A stretch of DNA of 64,000 nt from the human T2T-CHM13v2.0 reference genome, Homo sapiens. The DNA lies in NCBI RefSeq assembly GCF_009914755.1, contig NC_060932.1; one strand, written 5' to 3'. Position 1 is the stretch's first letter. Each line of letters begins with the position of its first letter. Shown one piece after another: positions 43,501-59,048 of the stretch. The translations under genes were made by a program, and so were the position numbers. The notes below the pieces were generated by a model. The model saw only the letters and a program-made list of their open reading frames with translations, searched no databases and was not told where the DNA came from.

Positions 43501-44094
43501 TCTTGCAGAGCCCTACAGTCATCCCTCTCCTGATTCTGTTTACTTAAGCCAACATTTACCAGAAACATGCAAGTCCTGGAATCTGCATGGGACAAAGAAA
43601 AAGGCTCTTTTCAATATCTGTATATATTGGGATATGACATCCCAAACCTTTTTATATTAATTTATATTAATTCATATTAATTACTTGAAATGAAAGCACC
43701 CTACTCTGATTAATTGAGCGACAACCCAATAAAACTAAAGAGACATTTATGGGTGGAGACAGTAGAGTGAATGTTTTTACATGACGAAGTGGCTAGAGAG
43801 CATCAAATGCCATGACCAGGCCAAATAGGATGTGAATAAATTGACCATGGCTTTTCGAAAGTTCATGGTCAAATATTTCTCCTCTTCCCATGAGATAAGC
43901 TCAGAGTTGAGAATAACAATTTTAAATTGTTCATATTCTCTATGAAATAAACTATGAGTTAAAGTTACATAGAAGTTGCATAATAAAATTTACTTTCAAG
44001 GATTGATTTCCAACTTTCTGAAAAAGTCTGATTTAAATGACATTGCCATTTGATGACTTGTTATACTTCACATAACTTCGCCCATCACATTTGA

Positions 44095-44225
44095 TATATA
44101 TACATATATACACACATACATGTATACACATACACATATATATGATATATAAGTATACGTTATATATTTGAGATATGTATATAAACATGAGTATGTGTAT
44201 ATATTATATATGTACACATATATAA
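44095..44225. repeat. (TA/CA)n low-complexity tract
   Basis: Read directly. Confidence 0.8.
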
Positions 44226-47200
44226 TATTTTAAGGCTAGTTATAATTCTCCATGGTGTGAATCATTTTACAAGTTGAAGAAATCCAAAACTGGAAAAACT
44301 AAGGACCTGTAGTCCATATGTGTGTGTGTCTTTACAGTTTTTAGAAGAAACACAAACAATGAATCTGGCTTTTTCTTTCTTCAGCAAGCTATTCAGAATA
44401 CAGAAATGCGTGCTTTCCTTATTGAGTCGTTATTATCCTTAGCTTCTATTTTGGTATCTGCTGCCAGGCAGTGGGTTTCTAATTACCTTTGTGACCAATA
44501 AAGAAAGTTTAGAACCAGATGTTAAGCTACAAATTAATTTCAGCACAAGAGCATATATAGAAAGATATTTCCAAGCATTTTACTCAGTTTATATTCAAAT
44601 GAAATAATTCAAATTTGTCTTCAATAAATGTGCGTTTCACATTTTGAGTGGTGAGGAAAATACAGAATTAGAGGAGAGGCTTCAAGATGGCTGGCTGACT
44701 AGAAGCATTTCATGTCCACCTTCTCCACTTAGAAGAACCAAAATAATGTATAGACAGTTGCACTTTGAATACATTATCCCAGACAGAATACTGGAATCCA
44801 ACAGAGAAGTGACCGGAAACACCAAAATCAGGGAAGGAAAAGGGAGGGAGCAGCCTTTCTGACCAGGTTCAGATGAAAGCCAGGAAGGCTTCCCAATGTG
44901 GCTAAATGGTAAGTAAGAGACTTGCAGCAGCCCACATCCCTACCATGGAATCATGTAATCCTGGCCACAAGGGAGCTTCTCAGCCCTCCCGATCCCTGGA
45001 ACTAACATAGGGTGCTGCCAGGAGACTACGGGATGGAACTACTCCAAGGAGAGAGCTCTCACCAGGTCTCACACACTTTCTGACACCTAAGTGTCTATAA
45101 CAAGGTGCCATTTTCAAGTCTAGCCTTTGACAGAGTACACACTGTCCTGTAGCCCACTGGAACCAGATTGAGGCATTACAGAAAGACTGTGACTGCTGGG
45201 ACTGGTGAGCAGTCCCACAGCCAGAGCTAAGAAGGAAAGGATGCATGGGCTACAGCTGCCAGTGCCAGGAAACAAGCACCCATTTCCTGTCTTTGTCCTT
45301 TCCCAGGACAAAGACTGGGATCTGGGCAGGGCGTGAGCTGCCAACAGAACTTGGTTGCCAGCTGTATGGGGGCTCTTGTGGCCAGGGCAGGGATACAAGC
45401 TAGGTACTGGCTACCACTACCAAGGCTTCGGGTAGGGTAAGCCCTGCCAGGACTGGGGCAAGAGAGAGACATGCATTTCCCAACCACCAGTCCAGGCTGT
45501 GGCCACCAAGAACAGCCCACCCTCTCCAGTGGCAGGACCTTAGCATGGCTGCTACCACACTTCACCTGAGTACTCTGCCTATGGCCTGAGGATAACCTCA
45601 CCCCTGTCCTGCCATGGCCAATGCCTAATCTAATCATTGTGGTGGGGAGGGGGTGAGCACAAATCTGCCCAGCCCAGTTTCACCTCCTCCTCTGAGTTAA
45701 AGCATATAGCCTGAGATCCTGGGGATTCCCAACCAATCCACTACTTTGGGCACCAGAGCACTCCTCCTGGGGGCCTGAGATGTGGCTTAAACTGCCAGCC
45801 ACTATCACTTCAGCTGGCACCTACCTGAAAGCATCATCTGAAGGCCTGGAAACTGGCCCACTTAGCCCATTGCAGCCACTCCCAACATTAATGCATACCA
45901 CTCAAGACCCAGAAAATTGTTCCACCACTACTACTGTCTTTGCCCATGCCACACCAGCTTCCCAGAAGCCCAAGAACCTTCCTACATGCCCAGTCCACTG
46001 ATGCCACTACCAGCATCCAAGCATGCCACCTGGAGGCCCAAGAAAAGGCCCACCAGTAACCACCAACACAGGTGCCAGCATACACCACTCTGGAACAACA
46101 ACAACAACAAAGGCAAATTCAGCCCACTGCTGCCACTACTAGGGCTTGAAGACTGGCAATGGGGCATCCCAGTCCCCAGAACAACTTTGCCACAGCCTCC
46201 ACTAATAACGGACCCTAATCCACTGAGAAAATCACAGATACTACTAATGCTATTTACAAAAACTCATACAGATACTACACTATTGCATGTACCCAGAATG
46301 AAAGCCAAAGTACCATACCCAACCAACATCATAGATACATCATCAGAAAAAGTTTCTCCCCTACAAAAGTAAATTCAAAAATAGAAGAAGCAATCATTAC
46401 ATCAGAGGCACAGATACCAATTTAGGACATGGGAAACATAAAAAAGCAAGGAAATATGACACCTCCAAAGGAATACAGTAATTCTCCAGCAATAGATGTA
46501 AATCAAAAAGGAATTCTTGAATTCAAAATGTTGATTCAAAATGTTAATTTTAAAGAAGCTCAGTGAGATACAAAAGAATTCTGAAAACAATACAAATAAA
46601 TTTTAAAAATTAGGATATGAATGAGAAATTTACCAAGGAGCTTTTCTTTTTAGAAGAACCAAATAGAAATTCTGGAATTGAAGAATTTATTGAATACATT
46701 ATATTTGAAGACATCAACAGTAGACTAGATCAGGCAGAATAAAGAATCTCAGAACTTAAAAACAGATTTCTTAAAATAATCCAGTCAAACAAAAATAAAC
46801 GAATAAAGGATGAACAAAGCTTTCGTAACATTTGTAACTACATAAAACAATCAAATATTTGAATTATCAGTATCTCCAAGGGTAAAGAGACAAAGAAATG
46901 ACTAGAAAATCCTATTTAACAAAATAAAAGATGAAAAATTTCTAGGTCTAGCTTGAGATTTAGGCATACAGTTACAGGAGCCTCAGTGATTCCCCAGGCA
47001 GATACAATGCAGAAAGGTCTTCTCTGCAGCATGTTAGAGTCATATTGTGTAAAGTCAAAGATTAAGAGTGAATCCGAAAAAACAAGAGAAAAGCATCTAG
47101 TCACCAATTGAGGAAACAACATAAGACTAACAGCAAATTTCTCAGCAGAAACCTACAGGCCAGAAAAGAATGAGATAATACATTCAAAGTTCTGAAAGAA

Positions 47201-47393
47201 AAAACTGCCAGCCAAGAATACTACAGCTAGCAAAATTATCCTTCATAAATGAAGGAGAAATAGTCTTCCTCAGACAAGCAAATGCCAGGAGAATTTGTTG
47301 CCACTAGATCAGTCCTACAGAAAAATGCTCAAGGGAGTACTAAACCTAGAAGTGAAAGAATAGCATTTACCCTCATGATAACACATGAAAGCA

Positions 47394-47540
47394 GTCTGGT
47401 TATGGTGGCTCATGCCTTTAACACTAGCACTTTGGGAGGCCATGGCAGGGAGATTGCTTGAGGCAAGGAATTCAAGACCAGCCTCGACAACATAGTGAGA
47501 CCTTGTCTCTATAAAATACACACATGCACACACACACACG
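47394..47540 (+). mobile_element. FLAM/AluJ left monomer nested in the L1, (CA)n tail
   Basis: ggtggctcatgcctttaacactagcactttgggagg...gaattcaagaccagcc...gaccttgtctcta; TSD-like acacatgaaag/acacacgaaag. Confidence 0.85.
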
Positions 47541-50500
47541 AAAGTATAAAACTCACTGGTAAAGCAATTGCACTAAAAAGAAAGAGAAAGGACTCAAATT
47601 GTACTATCACAGAAATCCACCAAACCACAGTGACAACCAATAAGAAAAAGGGAAGGAACAAAGAATACATAAAACAAGCAGAAAACAACAATATAACAGG
47701 AACAAAGCCTCATATATTAATAATAACCTTGAATATTAGAAGTTTAATTTTCCATTTAAAAGATATAGAATGACTAAATGGATTAAAAAAAGACATGATT
47801 CAATTATATGCTGATTATAAGAAACTCACCCTGCCAGTAAAGACACACAGAGACTGAAGGTAAAAGGATGAAAAAAGATATTCCATGCATATGAAAACAA
47901 AAAACAAGCAGAAATAGCTATATTTATATCATACAAAACAAATTTTAAGAACAGTAACCAAAAAAAAGACAAAGAGGGTCACTATATAATGATAAAGGGA
48001 CCAATATAGCAAAAGATTACAACAATTCTACATATACATGCACCCAACACTGAAGCACTCAGTTATAAAGCAAATATTAACAGCTCTAAAGAGATAAATA
48101 GACTTCAATACAATAATATTAGGAAATTTTAACACCTCATTCTCATCATTAAATAGGTCATATAGAAAGAAAATCAACAAAGAAAATTTGGATTTAAACT
48201 GACTTTAGACCAAATGGACCTAACAGACATTTACAAAACATTCTATCCAACAACTGGAGAATATATATTCTTTTCATCAGCACGGGCAACATTCTCCAGG
48301 GTAGACCATATGTTAGGCCACAAATTTTTAAAGTCTCAAAAAATTTTTAAAAATCAAGATTATATAAAACATTTTCTCAGGCCCCAGTGGAAATACAACT
48401 AGAAATCAATACCAAGAGGAACTTTGGAAACTATACATATGCATGGAAATAAAACATGTTCCTGAATAATCATTGTATCAACAAAAAAGTATTAAAATTT
48501 AAAAATTTGAGACAAAAATGAAAATGCAACATACCAAAACCTGTGGGATATTGCAAAAGCAGTGCTAAGGAAGTTTATAGCAATAAATGCCTACAACAAG
48601 AAAGTAGAAAGGTTACAAATTAAAAATCTAGTAATGAACCTCAAGGAACTAGAAAAAAAGAACAAACCAAACTGCAAATTATCATAGGAAAAAAAATAAT
48701 AAAGTTCAGAACAGAAATAAATGAAATAAAGACAAAAAATGTTAATGAAAAGTTTTTTCTTTCAAAAGATAAACAAAATAGCTAAACCTCTAGCTAGATT
48801 AACCAAAAGAAAGAAGACCCAAATAAACAAAACAGAAATGAAAAAGAAAACACTACAACGGATACCACAGAAACACAAAACATTATTAGAGAATGTTATG
48901 AACAACTATATGCTGACAAACTGGAAAACCTAGAAGAATTTCTGGAAACATACAACCTACCAAGATTGAATCAGGAAGAAATAGAAAGCCTGAACAGACC
49001 AATAACAAGTAGCAAGATTGAATCAGTAATAATAATTAAAAAAATCTCTCAACAAAGGAAAAACCAGGTCTGAATGGATTCACAGATGAACTGTACCAAA
49101 AATACAGAGAACTAATAGTACTACTACTGAAACTATTCCAAAAAATCCAAAAGGAGGGAATTCTCCCTAATTCCTTCTGCAAGGTCAGCATCACCCTGAT
49201 ACCAAAATTAGATAAGGGCACAATAAAAAAGAAAACTACAGGCCAATATCCCTGATGAACACCAAGGCAAAAATCCTCAACAAAATACTAGCAAACTGAA
49301 TCCAACAGCAATCAAACAGATAATGCATTACAATCAAGTGGGATGCAAAGATGGTTCAACACATACAAATCAATAAACACGATGTATCACATCAACAGAA
49401 TATAGGACAAAAATTATATGATCATCTCAATAGATGCAGAAAAAGCATTTAATAAAATTCAGCATCCCTTCATGATAAACACTCTGAACAAACTACACAT
49501 AGAAGAAACATACCTCAAAATAATAAAGGCCATATACAACAAACCCAAAGCTGACATCACACTGAATGGAGAAAATTTGAAGCCTTATCTCTAAGAACTG
49601 GAACTAAAGAATGCCCACTTTCACCACTCCTATTCAATATAGTACTGTAAGTCCTAGACAGAGCAATCAGACAAGAGAAAGGAATAAAAGGCATCAAAAT
49701 TGGCAAAGAGGAAGTCAAGCTGTCCCTCTTTGCTGATGATGTAATTTTATATTTAGAGAAACCTAAAGAGTGTACCAAAAATGCTTAGATTTGATAAATG
49801 AATTCAGTGAGGTTGCAGGATAAGAAAACCAGTGTACAAAAAATCAGTAGTGTTTCCATATACCAATAATGATCTAGCCGAGAAAGGAATCAAGAAGGCA
49901 ATCTCATTTACAATAGCTACTAAAAAAATAAATCAATCAGTCTAACCAACGAAGTGAAAGATTTATACAAGGAAAACTACAAAACACTGATTAAAGAAAT
50001 TGAAGATGACACAAGCAAATGAAAAAACATACCATGCTCATGGGTTGGAAGAATTAATATCATTAAAATGACTATATTGCCCAAAGCAATGTACAGATTC
50101 AATGCAATCCCTATCAAAATTCCAAGGTTATTTTTCACAGAATTAGAAAACACAATCCTAAAACTCATATGGAACCAAAAAAGAGTCTGAATAGTCAAAG
50201 CAATCTGAGCAAAAAGAACAAAGCTGGAGGCATCACATTACCTGATTTCTAAATGTATTACAAGGCTATAGTAAGCAAAACATCATGGTATTGGTATAGC
50301 AACAGACACATAGACTAATGGAACAGAATAGAAAACCTAGAAATAAAGCTAGGTATTCACAGCCAACTGATTCTGACAAAGCTGAGAAACTTACACTGGG
50401 GAAAGGACAATGTAAGGCCTGTCAATAAATAGTCCGGGAAAAATTGTATAGCCATATGCAGAAGAATGAAACTGGACCCCTATATTGCACCATATACAAA

Positions 50501-50841
50501 AGTCAACTCAAAATGAATTAAAGCCTTCAAACCAAGACCCAAAACTATACAAATACTAGAAAAAGACCTAGGGAAAACCTTCCTGGACATTGATCTATGC
50601 GACGAATTTATGGCTAAGATCTCAAATGCACAGGTATCAAAAACAAAAATAGACAGATGGGACTATATTAAACTAAAAAGCTTCTGCACAGGAAATGAAA
50701 CAGTCAACAGAGTGAAGAGACAACCTGTTGAATGGGAGAAAATATTTGCAAACATCTGACAGGGAACTCATATCCAGAATATACCAGGAACTCAAACAAT
50801 TCAACAAGTAAAAAGAAATCCCATTAAAAAGTGGGCAAATG

Positions 50842-51146
50842 GGCCGGGCGCAGTGGCTCACACCTGTAATCCCAGCACTTTGGGAGGCCGAGGCGGGAGG
50901 ATCACGAGGTCAAGAGATCGAGATCATCCTGGCTAACACGGTGAAACCCCGTCTCTACTAAAAATACAAAAAGTTAGCTGGGCGTGGTGGCGGGCGCCTG
51001 TAGTCCCAGCTACTCCAGAGGCTGAGGCAGGAGAATGGCGTGAACCCAGGAGGTGGAGCTGGCAGTGAGCAGAGATCGCACCACTGCACTCTAGCTTGGG
51101 CGGCAGGGCAAGACTCCGTCTCAAAAAAAAAAAAAAAAAAAAAAAA
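50842..51146 (+). mobile_element. AluY nested in L1 ORF2
   Basis: ggccgggcgcagtggctcac...ggagaatggcgtgaacccaggagg; perfect 16-bp TSD aaaaagtgggcaaatg. Confidence 0.97.
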
Positions 51147-51171
51147 GTGGGCAAATGATCTGAACAGACAT

Positions 51172-51876
51172 GTCACACCAGTCATCATGGCTATTACTAA
51201 AGTCAAAAAATAATAGATGCTAGCAAGGTTGTAGAGAAACGGGAATGCTTATACACTGCTGGTTTAAATGCAAATTAGTTCATTCATTATGGAAAGTAGT
51301 GTGGTGATTTCTCAACTCAAAAAATAATTATCATTTGACCCAGCAATCTCATTATTGGGTACATACCCAAAGGAATATAAATTGTTCTACCATAAGGACA
51401 TATGCATGTGTATGTTCATCGTAGCGCTATTTACAATAGCAAAGACATGGAATCAACCTAAGTGCCCATCAGTGATAGACTGGATAAGGAAAATGTGGCA
51501 CATATACACCGTACAATACTATGGTAGTCATAAAAAGGAACGAGATAACGTCCTTTGCAGCAACATGGTTAGAGCTGGAGGCCATTATCCTAAGCAAAGT
51601 AATGCAGGAATGGAAAACCAAATACCACATGTTCTCATTTATATGTGGGAGCTAAACATAAAGTACACAATGACACAAAGAAGGGAACAACAGACACCAG
51701 GGCTTACTTGAGGGTGGAGGGTGGGAGGAAGGAGAGGATCAAAAAACTACCTGTCAGGTACTATGTTTATTACTTGGGAGATGAAATAATCTGTATGCCA
51801 AACCCCTGTGACACAAAATTTACCTAAATAACAAACCAGCGTATGTACCCCTGAACCTAACATAAAAGTTAAAAAG
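51172..51876 (+). mobile_element. Second L1 3' end (L1PA15/16-like) nested in the host L1
   Basis: gagggtggagggtgggagg...aaaaactacctgtcaggtactatg...cccctgaacctaacataaaagttaaaaa; host ORF2 end resumes near 51900. Confidence 0.8.
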
Positions 51877-53741
51877 ACTATTCCAGCATTATTTTTTTAA
51901 GTAGGTAAAGGAAATAAATACACATTTCTCAAAAGATGACATACAAATACCTAAGAAGTATATGAAAAACTCCACATTGCCGATCATTGGCAAAATGCAA
52001 ATCAAAACCACAGTGAGGTATAATCTTACCCCAGTCAAATGGGCTACTATTAAACAGAAAAACCATAATAGATGGCAAGGAAAAGGTAAGTGTTATACAT
52101 TGTAGTGGGAATGTAAACTAGTATACCGACTATGGAAAGCAGTGTGGAGATTTTTAGAAGAAAACTAAAAATAAAATTACCAATCAATCTAGCATTCCAC
52201 TACTGGATACTACTGGGTATCTACCCAAAAGAAAAGAAATCAATATATCAAAGAGATATTTGCATTTGCATATTTGTTGCAGTACTATTCACAATAGCAA
52301 AAATATAAAATCACCCTAAGAAGATGAATGGCTAAAGAAAATGTGATATATATTTACAATGTAATACCATTTAACCATAAAAAAGAATGAAATCATGCCA
52401 TTTGCAGCAAATAGATAAAACTGGAAGTCTTTATCTTAAGTGAAGTAAGCCAGGCACAAAAATGCAGATATCACATGTTCTCACTTATATGTGGGAGATA
52501 AAATATTTGCTCACATAGAGGTAGAGCATGGAAAGATACATAACGAGACTGAGAAGGGTCTGAGGGTCTGAGTGGGAGCAGGGAGAAGATGAATAGAACT
52601 GGATTAAACGATACAAACAAAGTAAGATAGAAGGAAGAGATTCAATGTCTGATAGCAGAATAGGGTAACTATACTTACAAAAATGTATTGTGCTAGGGTG
52701 ATGGACACCCTAAAGACCCTGACTTGATCACCTAACATTATACACATGTAACAAACTTCTCAAACTTCATAAATTTGTACAACAAATAATTTGCACAATT
52801 AAAAACACGACATCAGTCAGTCATATCCTGAGATCACATAGCAGGCTCCTTATATTCTAAAGGTCCTTGGCTGTCCCCAGATATATATTTCATGGTCTAT
52901 CTTTACTCTATGTTCTTCTTAACTTAGTTTCTACCATTGGGGAACAATATAGGGAACCATATAATCAGAGAGTGTCTATCAACATGCTCTCAAAATACCT
53001 AAGTAAGTCCCCTTTCCTGTTCAAAGACAGTATAAGATCAAGGGCTCATAAAAAGTAGGAGCTTTATCTCACTCTCTCTTTCTCTCCCTCAACAGGGCCA
53101 AACATGATAGATGTCAAGACAGAGGTTGAGGGATGTGGAAGAGGCTGAGATGTATCTCTGCTCTCATTCATGATTAGGCTTGGGCCACCTCACAAGTACT
53201 TGAGAAATAAATTTATTCCTGAATTCTCATTAGACCAGTAGTCAAGTACTTTGGTTCAGTAGTTGGGCTCATTGTCCAGTGGACTGGTCTAAAAACAATA
53301 AATTGGAATGCCTAATTCTTCAATGGCAAGAAAGTTCACTGAGAGGACAGAGCAGGAGATACATCCTAATAAGTGTCTCACTAGCTACTTTCTGATGACA
53401 TTTATTCCCTGCATTCAGGTGTGCTTTGTCTATCTTAAGTGTTTAAAGGAGAGAAGACAGCAGATCTTAGAATTCTGTGCCATATCCTGGGTAAAATCTG
53501 GGAGTGGGGCGAATGCTGACAAAATAAAAGTACAACCAAGAAGTTGAATATTAAAATTTAAAAAATTAGAAAACAGGAGACCTGACTCCTGAGTAGTAAA
53601 ACCAAAAATTAGTTTCTTAAAGAAAATAACAGGTAAATAATGAATTGGCAATTATGGTCAAGGAGAGAGAGAGAGAGAGAACACAAAAGAACACTGAGAA
53701 TGAGAAAGGAGGCATAATTATAAATATGAATGAGACATTTT

Positions 53742-54381
<640 letters not shown>

Positions 54382-54718
54382 TAGAGCATACACTGGGGAT
54401 GGAGTTGGAAATATGACAGAGCCCTTGCACTCATGGATGCTAGGTTGAAGAAAGTGGAGTCAGATAAACCCAAAGATAATCATTAATTTTAGCTAGTGTA
54501 TGCCCATGCAGATGATAAAATAGAGTAACGTAAGTGAGGGGGTCCTCATAGCAGCCTTAGGATTGGGCAGTAGATGCCTTTCTGAGAAGGTGACATTTGT
54601 ATTGAGACCAGCATAATGAGAAGGGTGACACAAACTACACCTGTGGAAAGAGTCTTCTGAGAAGAAGAGCAAAGAAAAAATCCTGAAGCTTGCAACAGCC
54701 CTGGCATGTGAAAGGGGC

Positions 54719-55062
54719 TGTATTAGTTCGTTTTCATGCTGCTGATAAAGACATACCCAAAACTGGGAAGAAAAATAGGTTTAATGGACTCACAGTTCCA
54801 TGTGGTTGGGGAAGCCTCACAATCATGATGGAAGGTGAAAGGCACGCCTTACATGGCAGTGGCAAGAGATAATGAGGAGGAAGAAAAAGCAGAAACCCCT
54901 TATAAAACCATCAGATCTTGTGAGACTCATTCACTACCATGAGAACAGTATGGGGGAAACTGACCACATGATTCAATTATCTCCCACTGGGTCCCTCCCA
55001 CAACATGTGGGAATTATGGGAGTACAATTCAATATGAGATTTGGGTGGGGACACAGAGCCAA
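54719..55062 (-). mobile_element. THE1B/C-like solo LTR
   Basis: tgtattagttcgttttcatgctgctgataaagacataccc...gagatttgggtggggacacagagcc. Confidence 0.9.
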
Positions 55063-57353
55063 TTTTTAATCAAATTGCTAGTTGGGGTTCCCAAAAATAT
55101 ATATTTGCCTAGGATGCTGCACACCCTAGGATCAAGCCCTTAATGTGATTTTTTGACCAATAAATGAAAAGGGTCTCCACCTTACCCCCAGTAGTCACAT
55201 AATAAAACATCATTCATCTTTAACCTCCTCCCCAGTGCAACAGCAGAGGAGTAGGAACACAGAAAGAAAAGGAGAGTGGAAGATGACAGACTGGACCTCA
55301 TATATACCCTGTAAGCCTTGGTCTACAGATATATCTTGAAAGAAAGTGACTGAGAAGTTGTGGAATTCGCTTAGGATGAGATTGTTACCTTAGCAGAGGA
55401 AAAGGCTCTTCAAAATGCTGGTAATTGCTAGAAAGTTAAATCACATAATTATACTTCAATTCTAGCATCTGCAGTCTCAGCAGAGATTCCTTGAAATTGC
55501 AGATTCCTTTTCTTTTCTATTCTACCAACTAAGTACCTAATTTTATGAACAGCCAACATCATTTTGGATGATTGATCCAAATTAAATGTAGACTTTATTC
55601 TGAACCTGTTAGGATAATTCACTTTTAGTCCCCATAAAAAAAATTAATAAAACAGATGTGTAGCTAGAGACACATGATAGCTAAAAACACCTGTCTGACA
55701 GAATTAAGCTGTAAAGAACAACTAAAATCTTAAGGCAATTATGAAATATGCCATTAGTGTAATCCTTGCCCTAATTTATCTTTGTAGTTCTCACTTAGCG
55801 TAGCTAAGGAAATGCTGAAGACTGTTGTGCTCAATGGCTTATAAACATGAATATTTAAAAGAGTTTGATACCAATATTCCTCATAACTTATCACATCACT
55901 CTTTTAATGTGTAGAGTGCTGATGACTCAGAATAAAATGTCAATTATAATAGGCTTATGTATTTCAGGTTTAGAAAATACTTTCACAAATATTTCTTCCA
56001 TTGGGTCTACAAGTGCATTTACAAGAAATAATTCACAGAAGCCACTAAAGTATAAATAGTTTTCTTCTGTAGGAAGGTGTCAAAATCTTGATTAATTTAC
56101 ACGTAAAAACAACCCCATCCTAAAATACCATGATTTAATTCTTCAAATCTAGGACCAAGGAAAAAATGAGTCTAAGTAAAAGCAAAGTATAAGTGCTAAA
56201 TATCTATACTTAACTACCTGTCTACATGTCTCCATTAAATATTCAGCTACTCTTATTTGTTATAATGTATTATATGCTCTATACATTGTCCGAGATATTT
56301 TTTAACTCTTTGATACCTAACACAATTTTTAATTCTCTTTTTCTATCAATCAGTGTGCACTAAGGAAACTAGCTAATTAATTTCTTTCACTCAGTGCACA
56401 CCAACATGAGCAAAGGCAAAACCCTGAGTTAGGTGTGGTGGATATGACTGTATCATAGAGCTTACATCCTGCAAAAGAAAATAGATATCAAACAAGTATT
56501 TACAAATCCTGGAAGTTAGAATACACACTTAGAAATCCCACTGCCATGGTCAAATTCTAGCACTCTGTAAGCAATGAGCTCTGTCATAAAAAATGTGTGT
56601 AATAGTGGCACTTCCTAGAGTTATTGTGGGGATTAAGTGAGTTGGTACACGGTAAGATTCAGTATACATTGACTATTGTATTAACAAGCATGATAACTAT
56701 CATGAGAGGAGAAATACAGGACACAATGTAATTTGAATATCAATTTATATAAAATTTGGAAAATCAAATCTAATTTTTAGAAAACATTCTGTAGTCAAAG
56801 TTAGATGTGTCTGTACTACTTTTGCTCACTGAAACCACTGCTCATATATCATTCATTCATTCAACAAGTATTTATTGAGATTTTGCCATGTGACCAGCCT
56901 GTGCTAGGTGAGGGGGTTGTGCAATATAAGAACAGCCCCTGCATTCATGGGTCTTATAGTCTATCTTAGGGATTAATCAAAAGTGAGTCACTGACTCATA
57001 GACCCCATCAGGCACTTGACTGTAAGTGGTAAATCCAAGCAAAACTCAGAAGTTTTGTGAGAATATAAACTTCTGTTTTTCAGGATTATATAACCTAAAA
57101 TTCACATGCTACTTAGCACTGGCCAGATAGCTTACTTGCTTACCTTGAAATGCAAACTTTCACCTTACTTCTCCCACTTGCTTACTACTTATGAGCTCAC
57201 TATTAAATTTTTATAAGATTTTAAATCTTGAAAGCTAGGTATTATAGAATTACCATTAAAAATTCATAATGTGTCATAATTAGATGGCTTATTTACTATC
57301 TCACAGAGCTAACATCATTTTAGGGTGGCTAAATGCAGATAATTTCTTCTCTG

Positions 57354-58505
<1,152 letters not shown>

Positions 58506-58701
58506 TTAATCCCTTTTTTGGGGGGTTGATTCAAAGGGGACATTTGCTGCTTGACCACCCTCTGCTTGTGCCCTCTGAGAAATCCACTTCTCCATGGGGT
58601 CCCTGTTCTCTCTCTACACAGGTCTCTTTCTGTCCTCTTCATCTCTGCCATGTAGTCCCTCCAGATTCTCCAGTTTTCTCTTGACAACCCCTAAATCCTC
58701 C

Positions 58702-59048
58702 AGAAAACTCTGTATTTCTGACCCAGCATGCCAAACAACCATTTCCACACTACTGTTTGCACACCGTGGTGTCACAGAGTGCCTCTCAGGGTTTAGATGA
58801 ACAGCGGACAACAGAATCTAGATGTGTGTAAAATCCCCCAAATAGTGGCTGCATCCTGGCCCTGGGCAAGTCCTGCGGTGAATGCATATTAGACAACTCC
58901 ATATTTAGGGGTGTGGGGGCTTTAGCAGAAAGGACACCCATGACATTATGTTCATCTAAACCCTGAGAGGCACTCTGTGACACCACGGTGTGCAAACAGT
59001 AGTGTGGAAATGGTTGTTTGGCATGCTGGGTCAGAAACAGAGTTTTCT
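58702..59048. repeat. Inverted repeat: perfect 89-bp arms with a 145-bp spacer
   Basis: 58715-58803 is the exact reverse complement of 58949-59037; extends 11 bp further past a 2-bp indel. Confidence 0.97.

Larger units (their letters stand above)
44671..52805 (+). mobile_element. Near full-length degenerate old L1 (L1MA4-like 3' end): 5'UTR, dead ORF1/ORF2, nested insertions
   Basis: 5' ttcaagatggc motif, GC-richer UTR to ~46.3 kb, A-rich ORF1/ORF2 remnants (MDLTDIYKTFYPTT; tcaatagatgcagaaaaagcattt), 3'UTR ggtgatggacaccctaaagaccctgacttgatcac; many stops and frameshifts. Confidence 0.9.

Noticed and set aside
44671-52805. Possible active full-length L1
   Set aside because: ORF1 and ORF2 are broken by many stops, frameshifts and nested insertions
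56353-56401. Short imperfect hairpin (gtgtgcact...agtgcacac)
   Set aside because: 9-bp arms with poor internal pairing; expected by chance and not a credible pre-miRNA
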